Positions 1-10,931 of a stretch of DNA of 64,000 nucleotides are shown in pieces. The DNA is taken from the NCBI RefSeq assembly GCF_036507355.1, contig NZ_AP027877.1; one strand, written 5' to 3'. Origin of the DNA: Escherichia coli. Its GTDB lineage: Bacteria; Pseudomonadota; Gammaproteobacteria; Enterobacterales; Enterobacteriaceae. Numbering within the stretch: the first letter of the stretch is position 1; every line of letters begins with the position of its first letter. The notes under the pieces are model-generated. The model searched no databases and was not told the origin of the DNA. It was given only the letters and a program-made list of their open reading frames with translations. Position numbers and translations under genes: made by a program.

Positions 1-1790
1 GGCAACAGCTCCTCGGTATTGGAGAACATTTTCTTCTCGATAACCGTGCGCAGTTTTTCATAGCTGGTCCAGTTCGGATTGCGTCCGCTGTTATTGGCTC
101 TGGCGCGCAGTACGAAGTTAACAATCTCGTTGCGGAAATCTTTTGGATTACTGATCCCCGCCGGTTTCTCGATTTTCTCCAGCTCGGCGTTAAGAGACTC
201 GCGGTCAAACAGCTGCCCGGTATCCGGATCGCGATACTCCTGATCCTGAATCCAGAAATCCGCGTAGGTAACATAACGGTCGAAAATGTTTTGCCCATAT
301 TCGGAATAGGATTCAAGGTAGGCCGTCTGGATCTCTTTGCCAATAAACTCGGCATATTTCGGGATCAGATAACCTTTCAGGAACTCCAGATAGCGTTCTG
401 CCTGCTCTTGTGGGAACTGCTCGCGCTCGATCTGCTGTTCCAGGACGTAGAACAGATGGACCGGGTTTGCCGCCACTTCTACATGATCGAAGTTGAACAC
501 GCGGGAGAGGATCTTAAACGCAAAACGCGTCGACAGACCGTTCATCCCTTCATCGACACCGGCGTAGTCACGATATTCCTGATACGACTTGGCTTTGGGA
601 TCGGTGTCTTTCAGACTTTCGCCATCATAAACCCGCATCTTTGAATAAATGCTGGAGTTTTCTGGCTCTTTCAGGCGCGAAAGAATGGAAAAACGTGACA
701 GTGTTTCGAGCGTGCCAGGGGCGCATGGGGCGTGAGTCAATTCACTGTGATTAAGCAATTTCTCGTAGATTTTGATCTCTTCGGAAATGCGCAAGCAATA
801 TGGCACCTTCACGATGTAAACACGGTCGAGGAAGGCTTCATTGTTTTTGTTATTACGGAAAGTGACCCATTCGGATTCGTTCGAGTGGGCGAGAATAATC
901 CCGTTGAACGGCAGGGCGGAGATACCTTCCGTCCCGTTGTAGTTACCTTCCTGAGTGGCGGTTAACAGCGGATGCAGCACTTTTATCGGTGCTTTAAACA
1001 TCTCGACAAATTCCATGATCCCTTGGTTGGCGCGGCACAGCGCACCGGAATAGCCGTAGGCGTCCGGGTCATTCTGCGCGTAGTGTTCGAGTTTACGAAT
1101 ATCGACTTTCCCAACCAGCGCGGAGATGTCCTGGTTGTTCTCATCGCCGGGTTCCGTTTTTGCGATGGCAATTTGTTGCAGAATTGACGGCCAGACCTTC
1201 ACTACCCGGAACTTAGTGATATCGCCACCAAATTCATGCAGGCGTTTTGCCGCCCACGGCGACATGATGGTGCCGAGATAACGGCGAGGAATGCCATACT
1301 CTTTTTCCAGAATCTGCGCATCTTCCTGCGGATTGAAAAGACAGAACGGATGATCGTTGACCGGGCTACGCTCACCGTTGGCGCTCAATACATAAATCGG
1401 TACAAGCTGCATTAATGATTTCAGTCGCTCAGCAAGCGATGATTTACCCCCACCCACAGGCCCCAGCAGATACAGGATTTGTTTCTTCTCTTCCAGCCCC
1501 TGAGCCGCGTGTTTCAGATAAGAGACAATCTGTTCAATCGCGTCTTCCATGCCGTAAAACTCTTCAAACGCCGGATAACGTGCAATGACCCGGTTAGAAA
1601 AGAGTCGAGAAAGTCTGGGTTCCTGGGCTGTATCGACCATGACAGGCTCACCGATAGCCATCAATAGCCGCTCAGCCGCGTTGGCATAAGCACTGCGATC
1701 TTGCCGACAAGTGGTAAGAAACTCCTGCAGTGTGAACTCTTCGTCCTTGGCAGCTTCATATCGCTGGCGATAGTGATCGAATATATTCAT
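1..1790 (-). CDS. yeaG: PrkA-family serine protein kinase YeaG, N-terminal part (3' end lies beyond window start)
   Basis: Minus-strand ATG at 1790 with AGGA Shine-Dalgarno upstream; translation begins MNIFDHYRQRYEAAKDEEF; frame taken as open to the window edge because it is absent from the complete-ORF track; plus-strand ORFs 291-1667 are antisense shadows. Confidence 0.9.
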   Translation of the reverse strand, partial: MNIFDHYRQRYEAAKDEEFTLQEFLTTCRQDRSAYANAAERLLMAIGEPVMVDTAQEPRLSRLFSNRVIARYPAFEEFYGMEDAIEQIVSYLKHAAQGLEEKKQILYLLGPVGGGKSSLAERLKSLMQLVPIYVLSANGERSPVNDHPFCLFNPQEDAQILEKEYGIPRRYLGTIMSPWAAKRLHEFGGDITKFRVVKVWPSILQQIAIAKTEPGDENNQDISALVGKVDIRKLEHYAQNDPDAYGYSGALCRANQGIMEFVEMFKAPIKVLHPLLTATQEGNYNGTEGISALPFNGIILAHSNESEWVTFRNNKNNEAFLDRVYIVKVPYCLRISEEIKIYEKLLNHSELTHAPCAPGTLETLSRFSILSRLKEPENSSIYSKMRVYDGESLKDTDPKAKSYQEYRDYAGVDEGMNGLSTRFAFKILSRVFNFDHVEVAANPVHLFYVLEQQIEREQFPQEQAERYLEFLKGYLIPKYAEFIGKEIQTAYLESYSEYGQNIFDRYVTYADFWIQDQEYRDPDTGQLFDRESLNAELEKIEKPAGISNPKDFRNEIVNFVLRARANNSGRNPNWTSYEKLRTVIEKKMFSNTEELL

Positions 1791-2225
1791 GGTATGCCGT
1801 CCTTTCGTTTTTTAGCACAGGTTAAGAGCCGTTCATATGAATAGTAGAGGCTCCCGGAAGAGGTAAACTGAACGACGTCTCTTGCTAAAACACAGCAACT
1901 CTCATGCCATTTTATCGACGATGAGAACAACGTGCCCGGTGATACACCTTCAAAATTAAGCGTAGATGGCAAATGGAAAACTTGCCTGCACGGCTTTCTT
2001 AATTTCAATGGCATATCAACAACTCATCCATAAATTTTGCATAATTAATGTAAAGACCAGGCTCGCCAGTAACGCTAAATTCATTTGGCTGTAAGCGCGG
2101 TGTCATCCGCGTCAGGAAAATTAAACAGTTACTTTAAAAAATGAAAACGTAAAAAGGTTGGGTTTCGATGTATTGACGGGTAAACTTTGTCGCCCGCTAA
2201 ACATTTGTTTAAGGAATGATTAATT

Positions 2226-2972
2226 GTGACCAAACTCAAACTTCTGGCACTTGGAGTGCTTATCGCAACGTCTGCAGGCGTAGCGCACGCTGAAGGTAAA
2301 TTTTCCCTGGGCGCAGGCGTAGGTGTCGTTGAACACCCATATAAAGATTACGATACCGATGTTTACCCAGTACCGGTAATCAACTATGAAGGCGATAACT
2401 TCTGGTTCCGTGGCTTAGGTGGTGGTTACTACCTGTGGAATGACGCAACGGATAAACTTTCAATTACCGCTTACTGGTCGCCGCTTTACTTCAAAGCTAA
2501 AGACAGTGGCGATCACCAAATGCGTCACCTGGATGACCGTAAGAGCACCATGATGGCTGGTCTGTCTTATGCTCACTTTACCCAGTACGGTTACCTGCGT
2601 ACCACCCTGGCTGGCGATACCCTGGATAACAGCAACGGCATTGTCTGGGATATGGCCTGGTTGTATCGTTACACCAACGGCGGCCTGACCGTGACCCCGG
2701 GTATCGGTGTGCAGTGGAACAGCGAAAACCAGAACGAATACTATTATGGCGTATCGCGCAAAGAGTCCGCTCGCAGCGGTCTGCGTGGCTATAATCCGAA
2801 CGACAGCTGGAGCCCTTACCTGGAGCTGAGCGCCAGCTACAACTTCCTCGGCGACTGGAGTGTTTACGGTACCGCGCGCTATACCCGTCTGTCTGATGAA
2901 GTTACTGACAGCCCGATGGTGGATAAATCCTGGACTGGCCTGATTTCTACCGGGATCACCTACAAATTCTGA
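2226..2972 (+). CDS. mipA: MltA-interacting outer membrane protein MipA
   Basis: 248 aa ORF with GTG start, signal peptide MTKLKLLALGVLIATSAGVAHA, recognised MipA/OmpV family sequence. Confidence 0.92.
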   Translation: MTKLKLLALGVLIATSAGVAHAEGKFSLGAGVGVVEHPYKDYDTDVYPVPVINYEGDNFWFRGLGGGYYLWNDATDKLSITAYWSPLYFKAKDSGDHQMRHLDDRKSTMMAGLSYAHFTQYGYLRTTLAGDTLDNSNGIVWDMAWLYRYTNGGLTVTPGIGVQWNSENQNEYYYGVSRKESARSGLRGYNPNDSWSPYLELSASYNFLGDWSVYGTARYTRLSDEVTDSPMVDKSWTGLISTGITYKF

Positions 2973-3004
2973 TAATGCATCTTTCCAGGGCATTTTGTGC
3001 ATAA

Positions 3005-3029
3005 AAACAGGGCGTCACGCCCTGTTTTG
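3005..3029 (+). terminator. Rho-independent terminator after mipA
   Basis: GC-rich hairpin ACAGGGCG-TCA-CGCCCTGT followed by TTTT, 35 bp after the mipA stop. Confidence 0.7.
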
Positions 3030-3061
3030 CATTACGGTGGTGCAATACCTGGGAGGAAACA

Positions 3062-3916
3062 ATGCAACAAAAAATGATTCAATTTAGTGGCGATGTCTCA
3101 CTGCCAGCCATAGGGCAGGGAACATGGTATATGGGCGAAGATGCCAGTAAGTGTAAAACAGAAGTTGCTGCACTACGCGCGGGCATTGAGCTCGGTTTAA
3201 CTCTCATTGATACCGCCGAAATGTATGCCGATGGTGGTGCCGAAAAGGTGGTTGGGGAAGCATTAACCGGTCTGCGTGATAACGTCTTTCTCGTCTCTAA
3301 AGTCTATCCGTGGAATGCTGGCGGGCAAAAAGCGATAAATGCATGCGAAGCCAGTTTACGCCGTCTCAATACTGATTATCTCGATCTCTACTTATTACAC
3401 TGGTCTGGCAGTTTCGCTTTTGAAGAGACTGTCGCAGCGATGGAAAAATTGATCGCCCAGGGAAAAATCCGCCGCTGGGGCGTTTCGAACCTTGATTATG
3501 CTGATATGCAGGAACTCTGGCAGCTGCCGGGGGGAAATCAGTGTGCCACTAATCAGGTGCTTTACCATCTCGGTTCACGAGGGATTGAGTACGATCTACT
3601 CCCCTGGTGCCAGCAACAGCAGATGCCGGTGATGGCTTACAGTCCGTTAGCCCAGGCCGGGCGGTTGCGCAATGGACTGTTAAAAAACGCGGTAGTCAAC
3701 GAAATTGCACATGCTCACAATATCAGCGCGGCACAAGTATTGTTGGCGTGGGTAATCAGCCATCAGGGTGTGATGGCGATTCCAAAAGCGGCCACGATTG
3801 CCCATGTCCAACAGAATGCGGCTGTGCTTGAGGTCGAACTTTCGTCAGCGGAATTAGCCATGCTGGACAAAGCGTATCCGGCACCAAAAGGAAAAACTGC
3901 GCTGGATATGGTGTGA
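3062..3916 (+). CDS. yeaE: NADPH-dependent aldo-keto reductase YeaE
   Basis: 284 aa ORF; aldo-keto reductase family sequence recognised. Confidence 0.9.
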   Translation: MQQKMIQFSGDVSLPAIGQGTWYMGEDASKCKTEVAALRAGIELGLTLIDTAEMYADGGAEKVVGEALTGLRDNVFLVSKVYPWNAGGQKAINACEASLRRLNTDYLDLYLLHWSGSFAFEETVAAMEKLIAQGKIRRWGVSNLDYADMQELWQLPGGNQCATNQVLYHLGSRGIEYDLLPWCQQQQMPVMAYSPLAQAGRLRNGLLKNAVVNEIAHAHNISAAQVLLAWVISHQGVMAIPKAATIAHVQQNAAVLEVELSSAELAMLDKAYPAPKGKTALDMV

Positions 3917-3966
3917 TGTTGATACGTGCCGGATGCATCGCACCCGGCACACAACATTGACGCAAA

Positions 3967-4851
3967 TTAACGTTTGGCAACGCGAATGGATTGCGCCAGA
4001 TGTGCAGGTTTTTCTTTGGTCACTTTTTGCATTTCTGAGGCGTAAGCTGTTTCTACACAAACAAAGGTCTTGTAGCCATCATCCGGCATATCGCCCATGC
4101 TAACTGAAAGCGCCGGTCCCGGGTTCCAGCCTACAACGTTCAGATGATGCTGGTGGCCTACGGCGATAATACGATTCAGCGCTTCATCATTAATCACGCT
4201 GCAATCTTGCGGATTCAGATACACGCGATCGGTACGGTCAGGGAAGGTCTGAATACCGTCGGTCAGTACATCTTCTTTCGCGTCATTTACTTTATCAATG
4301 AAGCGATCGCCCAGCCCACTGACGCTTACCTTAGCGATATCACCCACGTTAAAGTAGGTATGCAGGGCAGAGGTGGTTTCAAATTCGCCGTGTGCTTCAA
4401 GATCGATTTCACAGGTTTTACCCACGCGGAAATGCGCTAACAGCGTAAAGTCGTGCGGCCAGAATTTTTTCGTCTCTTCGCTTTGTGTCAATTCAAAAGT
4501 CAGCGCTACGCCATCAGCATCTTCACGATGTGATTTCAGCGTCCACGGCAGGTTGCGGGCAAAACCGTGCGCAGGCAGGCCTCGTTGTGCCGCCGGACCA
4601 AACCACGGCCAGCAAACCGGTACGCCACCGCGAATAGCGACGCCATTTTTGAACGGTGTGTTGTTGCTCAACCACAGAACTTCTTCTTCACCCGCAGGTT
4701 TCCACGAGAGAAGGTGTGCGCCCTGTAATGCAAAAGAGGCTTTTACCTGGGGATGATCGACCACAATGAGGTCCAGTTCATCCAGTTTACGACGGGAGAG
4801 GACAGGGGAGATTTGTTCGATGACCGGAAGGGCAAAAATTTTCTTAATCAT
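3967..4851 (-). CDS. yeaD: Putative glucose-6-phosphate 1-epimerase YeaD
   Basis: ORF track gives 301 aa; internal ATG at 4851 (MIKKIFALPV) has an AGGA Shine-Dalgarno and matches the known N-terminus; aldose 1-epimerase-like. Confidence 0.88.
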   Translation of the reverse strand: MIKKIFALPVIEQISPVLSRRKLDELDLIVVDHPQVKASFALQGAHLLSWKPAGEEEVLWLSNNTPFKNGVAIRGGVPVCWPWFGPAAQRGLPAHGFARNLPWTLKSHREDADGVALTFELTQSEETKKFWPHDFTLLAHFRVGKTCEIDLEAHGEFETTSALHTYFNVGDIAKVSVSGLGDRFIDKVNDAKEDVLTDGIQTFPDRTDRVYLNPQDCSVINDEALNRIIAVGHQHHLNVVGWNPGPALSVSMGDMPDDGYKTFVCVETAYASEMQKVTKEKPAHLAQSIRVAKR

Positions 4852-4882
4852 GACGCAGTCCTTTAACTTCATTTTATCAGGT

Positions 4883-4913
4883 AAAAAAAAGAGCGACCGA
4901 AGTCGCTCTTTTT
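4883..4913 (-). terminator. Bidirectional rho-independent terminator downstream of gapA
   Basis: Hairpin AGAGCGAC-CGAA-GTCGCTCT flanked by an A8 run on one side and T5 on the other, so it reads as stem plus U-run on either strand. Confidence 0.75.
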
Positions 4914-4934
4914 AGATCACAGTGTCATCTCAAC

Positions 4935-5942
<1,008 letters not shown>

Positions 5943-6271
5943 CTATTTGTTAGTGAATAAAAGGTTGCCTGTAAAATTACAAAAACCTTACGCAGCGTCA
6001 AGCGGAATCGTGTCAATCATTGCGACAAATCAATCCTGTGCCTAAGCATTACGCGACTGACTCGCCTCACTCTTCCTTTGGGCTTGAGACCACATGGGGT
6101 CGGCGCCCCGAATTTTAAAGGGCAATTACGATAAAAATGTGATTTTCATCACGATTTAGGTGCAGCCATTTCGTCGAGATCAAGTTTAGGACAAAATTTT
6201 GCCAGTTGGTGTTAATGTTTTGTTAGAATCAGTCACGTAATGTGAGCACGATTAAAGTGAGATGTGAGCAA

Positions 6272-6685
6272 ATGGCTAATAAACCTTCGGCAGAAGAACT
6301 GAAAAAAAATTTGTCCGAGATGCAGTTTTACGTGACGCAGAATCATGGGACAGAGCCGCCATTTACGGGTCGTTTACTGCATAACAAGCGTGACGGCGTA
6401 TATCACTGTTTGATCTGCGATGCCCCGCTGTTTCATTCCCAAACAAAGTATGATTCCGGCTGTGGCTGGCCCAGTTTCTACGAACCGGTAAGTGAAGAAT
6501 CCATTCGTTATATCAAAGACTTGTCACATGGAATGCAGCGCATAGAAATTCGTTGCGGTAACTGTGATGCCCATCTGGGGCATGTCTTCCCCGACGGGCC
6601 GCAGCCAACGGGCGAACGTTATTGTGTTAACTCTGCCTCTTTACGCTTTACCGATGGCGAAAACGGCGAAGAAATCAACGGTTGA
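6272..6685 (+). CDS. msrB: Peptide methionine sulfoxide reductase MsrB
   Basis: Translation [28 protein letters not shown] with the CxxC...CxxC zinc motifs of MsrB; ORF-track GTG start at 6242 trimmed to ATG 6272. Confidence 0.93.
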
Positions 6686-6726
6686 AAAAACGATTCAGCA
6701 ACTTATTCCACAGGAGCGGAAAAATT

Positions 6727-6999
6727 ATGGATCTTGATGACATTATCAACAGCATGACGCCTGAGGTATACCAGCGTTTGTCGACCGCCGTTGAACTGGG
6801 GAAATGGCCTGATGGCGTTGCGTTGACCGAGGAACAAAAAGAGAACTGCCTGCAACTGGTGATGCTGTGGCAAGCCCGCAATAATACCGAAGCACAGCAT
6901 ATGACAATTGACACAAATGGTCAGATGGTCATGAAGAGCAAACAGCAGTTAAAAGAAGATTTTGGTATCTCAGCAAAGCCGATTGCCATGTTTAAGTAA
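6727..6999 (+). CDS. yeaC: DUF1315 family protein YeaC
   Basis: 90 aa from ATG 6727 (MDLDDIINSMTPEVYQRL); the ORF-track upstream extension would overlap the msrB 3' end. Confidence 0.85.
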   Translation: MDLDDIINSMTPEVYQRLSTAVELGKWPDGVALTEEQKENCLQLVMLWQARNNTEAQHMTIDTNGQMVMKSKQQLKEDFGISAKPIAMFK

Positions 7000-7258
7000 G
7001 TGGTTCATCCCCTTTTTGCCGCGGCTATGAAGGGGATAGCCAACAATGACCCCACGACTCATCTCAATTATCTCGCCATGACCTGGCTAAGTCCCAGTCC
7101 GATCTCTTGCCGTCGCGTTCACACCTGAATGACTTCTCCTGAACTTAAGTCTCAGACCTATTTGGCCGGTAATCCCTCTCGAATTTGCTCTTTTTGCGCC
7201 CCGCCTTCCATCAACCTGTAACAGACCCAGCCATTTTCTGCGTAATTGTGATCTGAGT

Positions 7259-7290
7259 TGTAAAACGCAGATCATTATCTGTGTTTTACA
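7259..7290. repeat. 14 bp inverted repeat (hairpin or operator-like) upstream of ydjL
   Basis: TGTAAAACGCAGAT-CATT-ATCTGTGTTTTACA, one mismatch, about 80 bp upstream of the ydjL start. Confidence 0.5.
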
Positions 7291-7368
7291 GATTTAATGT
7301 TGATCTCAAAAATCATGTGGGTAAGTATGATGGCCATCTAAGCAAAACTAAACACAGAGGATGACGCA

Positions 7369-8445
7369 ATGAAAGCACTGGCTCGGTTTGGCAAGGCCTT
7401 TGGCGGCTACAAGATGATTGATGTCCCACAACCCATGTGTGGCCCGGAAGATGTAATGATTGAAATTAAAGCCGCGGCAATCTGCGGCGCAGACATGAAG
7501 CACTACAATGTCGATAGCGGTTCTGATGAGTTTAACTCTATCCGCGGCCATGAGTTCGCAGGTTGTATTGCGCAGGTTGGTGAAAAAGTCAAAGACTGGA
7601 AAGTGGGGCAACGCGTCGTATCGGATAACAGCGGTCACGTTTGCGGCGTTTGTCCGGCCTGTGAACAAGGTGATTTTCTGTGTTGTACAGAAAAAGTAAA
7701 CCTTGGTCTGGATAATAATACCTGGGGCGGTGGTTTTTCCAAATATTGTCTGGTTCCTGGTGAAATTCTCAAAATTCATCGTCATGCGTTGTGGGAAATC
7801 CCTGATGGTGTTGATTATGAGGACGCAGCCGTACTTGACCCTATCTGTAATGCCTACAAATCCATCGCGCAGCAATCGAAATTCCTCCCTGGTCAGGATG
7901 TAGTCGTCATCGGTACTGGCCCACTTGGGCTGTTCTCCGTACAAATGGCGCGGATTATGGGGGCGGTAAATATCGTCGTCGTTGGTCTACAAGAAGATGT
8001 GGCGGTCCGCTTCCCGGTTGCAAAAGAACTGGGTGCGACGGCAGTAGTAAATGGTTCTACCGAAGATGTGGTGGCGCGCTGCCAGCAAATTTGTGGCAAA
8101 GACAATCTGGGACTGGTGATTGAATGCTCCGGTGCCAATATCGCATTGAAACAAGCCATCGAAATGCTCCGCCCGAACGGGGAAGTGGTACGCGTTGGAA
8201 TGGGCTTCAAACCTCTTGATTTCTCGATTAATGACATTACCGCCTGGAACAAAAGCATCATTGGGCATATGGCCTATGACTCAACCTCATGGCGTAACGC
8301 TATCAGGCTATTAGCCAGCGGCGTTATCAAAGTCAAACCGATGATCACGCATCGTATCGGCCTGTCGCAATGGCGCGAAGGGTTTGATGCGATGGTCGAT
8401 AAAACCGCAATCAAAGTGATCATGACTTACGACTTTGATGAATAA
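7369..8445 (+). CDS. ydjL: Zn-dependent medium-chain dehydrogenase YdjL
   Basis: 358 aa; GHEFAG and Cys-rich structural-zinc motif (CGVCPACEQGDFLCC), Rossmann GTGPLG. Confidence 0.9.
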   Translation: MKALARFGKAFGGYKMIDVPQPMCGPEDVMIEIKAAAICGADMKHYNVDSGSDEFNSIRGHEFAGCIAQVGEKVKDWKVGQRVVSDNSGHVCGVCPACEQGDFLCCTEKVNLGLDNNTWGGGFSKYCLVPGEILKIHRHALWEIPDGVDYEDAAVLDPICNAYKSIAQQSKFLPGQDVVVIGTGPLGLFSVQMARIMGAVNIVVVGLQEDVAVRFPVAKELGATAVVNGSTEDVVARCQQICGKDNLGLVIECSGANIALKQAIEMLRPNGEVVRVGMGFKPLDFSINDITAWNKSIIGHMAYDSTSWRNAIRLLASGVIKVKPMITHRIGLSQWREGFDAMVDKTAIKVIMTYDFDE

Positions 8446-8471
8446 CAACTTTCCTGAAGGAACGTTATCGC

Positions 8472-9851
8472 ATGGAACAGATAACAAAACCGCATTGTGG
8501 TGCACGGCTGGATCGCTTACCGGATTGCCGCTGGCATTCGTCAATGTTTGCCATCGTCGCGTTTGGCTTGCTTGTCTGCTGGAGTAATGCCGTTGGTGGC
8601 TTGATCCTCGCGCAGCTGAAAGCGTTGGGCTGGACAGATAATTCCACCACAGCCACATTCTCAGCAATCACGACCGCCGGAATGTTTCTCGGTGCGCTGG
8701 TGGGCGGCATCATTGGCGACAAAACCGGTCGCAGAAATGCGTTCATCCTCTATGAGGCCATTCATATTGCCTCGATGGTTGTCGGTGCTTTCTCACCGAA
8801 TATGGATTTCCTTATTGCCTGCCGTTTTGTGATGGGAGTTGGGCTGGGAGCTTTACTGGTTACGCTGTTTGCTGGTTTCACCGAATATATGCCCGGTAGA
8901 AATCGTGGAACGTGGTCAAGTCGGGTTTCCTTTATTGGCAACTGGTCATATCCGCTCTGTTCATTGATAGCGATGGGACTCACGCCGCTGATTAGTGCAG
9001 AGTGGAACTGGCGGGTACAACTGCTTATCCCTGCAATATTGTCGCTTATCGCTACGGCGCTGGCCTGGCGCTACTTTCCTGAATCCCCGCGCTGGCTGGA
9101 ATCGCGCGGACGGTATCAGGAAGCCGAGAAAGTCATGCGGAGTATAGAAGAAGGCGTCATACACCAGACGGGTAAACCTTTGCCGCCCGTGGTTATTGCT
9201 GATGACGGTAAAACGCCACAAGCGGTGCCGTATTCAGCCTTACTGACAGGAGTATTACTGAAACGCGTGATATTAGGCTCTTGTGTGCTGATTGCCATGA
9301 ACGTTGTGCAGTACACACTAATTAACTGGTTGCCAACGATATTCATGACCCAGGGGATTAATTTAAAAGACTCGATTGTTTTAAATACCATGAGTATGTT
9401 TGGCGCGCCATTTGGCATTTTTATTGCCATGCTGGTGATGGATAAAATTCCGCGTAAAACAATGGGTGTGGGGCTATTAATCCTGATTGCGGTGCTCGGA
9501 TATATCTATTCACTGCAAACCAGTATGTTGCTCATAACGTTGATTGGTTTCTTCCTGATTACTTTTGTCTATATGTACGTTTGCTATGCCTCGGCAGTGT
9601 ATGTCCCTGAGATCTGGCCGACAGAGGCCAAACTCCGTGGCTCCGGTCTGGCGAATGCGGTAGGGCGAATCAGTGGTATTGCCGCACCTTATGCCGTTGC
9701 AGTGCTGCTCAGTAGTTATGGCGTTACGGGAGTCTTTATTCTTCTGGGGGCAGTTTCAATTATTGTCGCAATTGCTATCGCCACCATTGGAATCGAAACC
9801 AAAGGTGTCTCCGTTGAAAGTTTAAGTATTGATGCAGTAGCCAATAAATAA
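8472..9851 (+). CDS. ydjK: MFS sugar-type transporter YdjK
   Basis: 459 aa, multiple hydrophobic helices, MFS signature GDKTGRR. Confidence 0.9.
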   Translation: MEQITKPHCGARLDRLPDCRWHSSMFAIVAFGLLVCWSNAVGGLILAQLKALGWTDNSTTATFSAITTAGMFLGALVGGIIGDKTGRRNAFILYEAIHIASMVVGAFSPNMDFLIACRFVMGVGLGALLVTLFAGFTEYMPGRNRGTWSSRVSFIGNWSYPLCSLIAMGLTPLISAEWNWRVQLLIPAILSLIATALAWRYFPESPRWLESRGRYQEAEKVMRSIEEGVIHQTGKPLPPVVIADDGKTPQAVPYSALLTGVLLKRVILGSCVLIAMNVVQYTLINWLPTIFMTQGINLKDSIVLNTMSMFGAPFGIFIAMLVMDKIPRKTMGVGLLILIAVLGYIYSLQTSMLLITLIGFFLITFVYMYVCYASAVYVPEIWPTEAKLRGSGLANAVGRISGIAAPYAVAVLLSSYGVTGVFILLGAVSIIVAIAIATIGIETKGVSVESLSIDAVANK

Positions 9852-9867
9852 TACGGGTGGATTCAAA

Positions 9868-10911
9868 ATGAAAAATTCAAAAGCAATATTGCAGGTGCCG
9901 GGCACAATGAAAATTATTTCAGCAGAAATACCAGTGCCTAAAGAAGATGAAGTTTTGATTAAAGTAGAATATGTCGGTATTTGTGGTTCAGATGTACATG
10001 GTTTTGAATCAGGTCCGTTTATTCCGCCTAAAGACCCAAATCAAGAAATTGGCCTGGGTCATGAATGCGCCGGGACGGTTGTGGCTGTGGGAAGCCGCGT
10101 GCGCAAATTTAAACCGGGGGATCGGGTAAATATCGAACCTGGCGTTCCTTGCGGTCACTGTCGTTACTGTCTGGAAGGCAAATATAACATCTGCCCGGAC
10201 GTTGATTTTATGGCGACACAACCCAACTACCGCGGCGCATTAACGCACTATCTGTGTCATCCGGAGAGCTTTACTTACAAACTGCCCGACAATATGGACA
10301 CGATGGAAGGGGCGCTGGTGGAGCCTGCCGCAGTCGGGATGCATGCCGCGATGCTGGCAGATGTTAAACCGGGTAAGAAGATAATTATTCTGGGAGCAGG
10401 TTGTATTGGTTTGATGACGTTGCAAGCGTGCAAATGCCTGGGAGCAACGGAAATTGCCGTCGTTGATGTGCTGGAAAAACGTCTGGCAATGGCGGAACAG
10501 CTTGGTGCGACAGTGGTTATTAACGGCGCAAAAGAAGACACTATTGCACGCTGTCAGCAATTTACCGAAGACATGGGCGCAGATATTGTTTTCGAAACAG
10601 CGGGTTCTGCGGTCACCGTTAAACAGGCACCTTATCTGGTAATGCGCGGCGGTAAAATTATGATTGTTGGTACTGTACCCGGCGATTCGGCAATCAATTT
10701 CCTCAAAATAAATCGCGAAGTTACTATCCAGACGGTATTCCGCTACGCCAATCGTTATCCGGTCACGATTGAAGCTATTTCTTCAGGGCGATTCGATGTG
10801 AAATCGATGGTGACGCATATTTACGATTATCGGGATGTACAACAGGCATTTGAAGAGTCAGTTAACAATAAACGCGACATTATTAAAGGCGTTATTAAGA
10901 TTAGCGATTAA
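9868..10911 (+). CDS. ydjJ: Zn-dependent dehydrogenase YdjJ
   Basis: 347 aa; GHECAG zinc-ligand motif, CGHCRYC structural-zinc motif, GAGCIG Rossmann motif. Confidence 0.9.
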   Translation: MKNSKAILQVPGTMKIISAEIPVPKEDEVLIKVEYVGICGSDVHGFESGPFIPPKDPNQEIGLGHECAGTVVAVGSRVRKFKPGDRVNIEPGVPCGHCRYCLEGKYNICPDVDFMATQPNYRGALTHYLCHPESFTYKLPDNMDTMEGALVEPAAVGMHAAMLADVKPGKKIIILGAGCIGLMTLQACKCLGATEIAVVDVLEKRLAMAEQLGATVVINGAKEDTIARCQQFTEDMGADIVFETAGSAVTVKQAPYLVMRGGKIMIVGTVPGDSAINFLKINREVTIQTVFRYANRYPVTIEAISSGRFDVKSMVTHIYDYRDVQQAFEESVNNKRDIIKGVIKISD

Positions 10912-10931
10912 TTAATACGGGAGAACAGAAC

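Noticed and set aside
291-1667. Four plus-strand ORFs (117, 77, 71, 62 aa) at the window start
   Set aside because: They lie antisense inside the yeaG coding frame, have no ribosome binding sites and low-complexity translations; shadow ORFs.
2460-3002. 180 aa minus-strand ORF
   Set aside because: Antisense to mipA; it also spans the mipA terminator hairpin.
7087-7275. 62 aa minus-strand ORF in the yeaC-ydjL intergenic region
   Set aside because: No ribosome binding site, Arg-rich low-complexity product, and it overlaps the inverted repeat better explained as a regulatory or structural element.
7348-8445. Minus-strand ORFs of 198, 122 and 93 aa and small plus-strand ORFs
   Set aside because: All overlap the ydjL coding region in other frames or on the opposite strand; ydjL has clear dehydrogenase motifs and the others do not.
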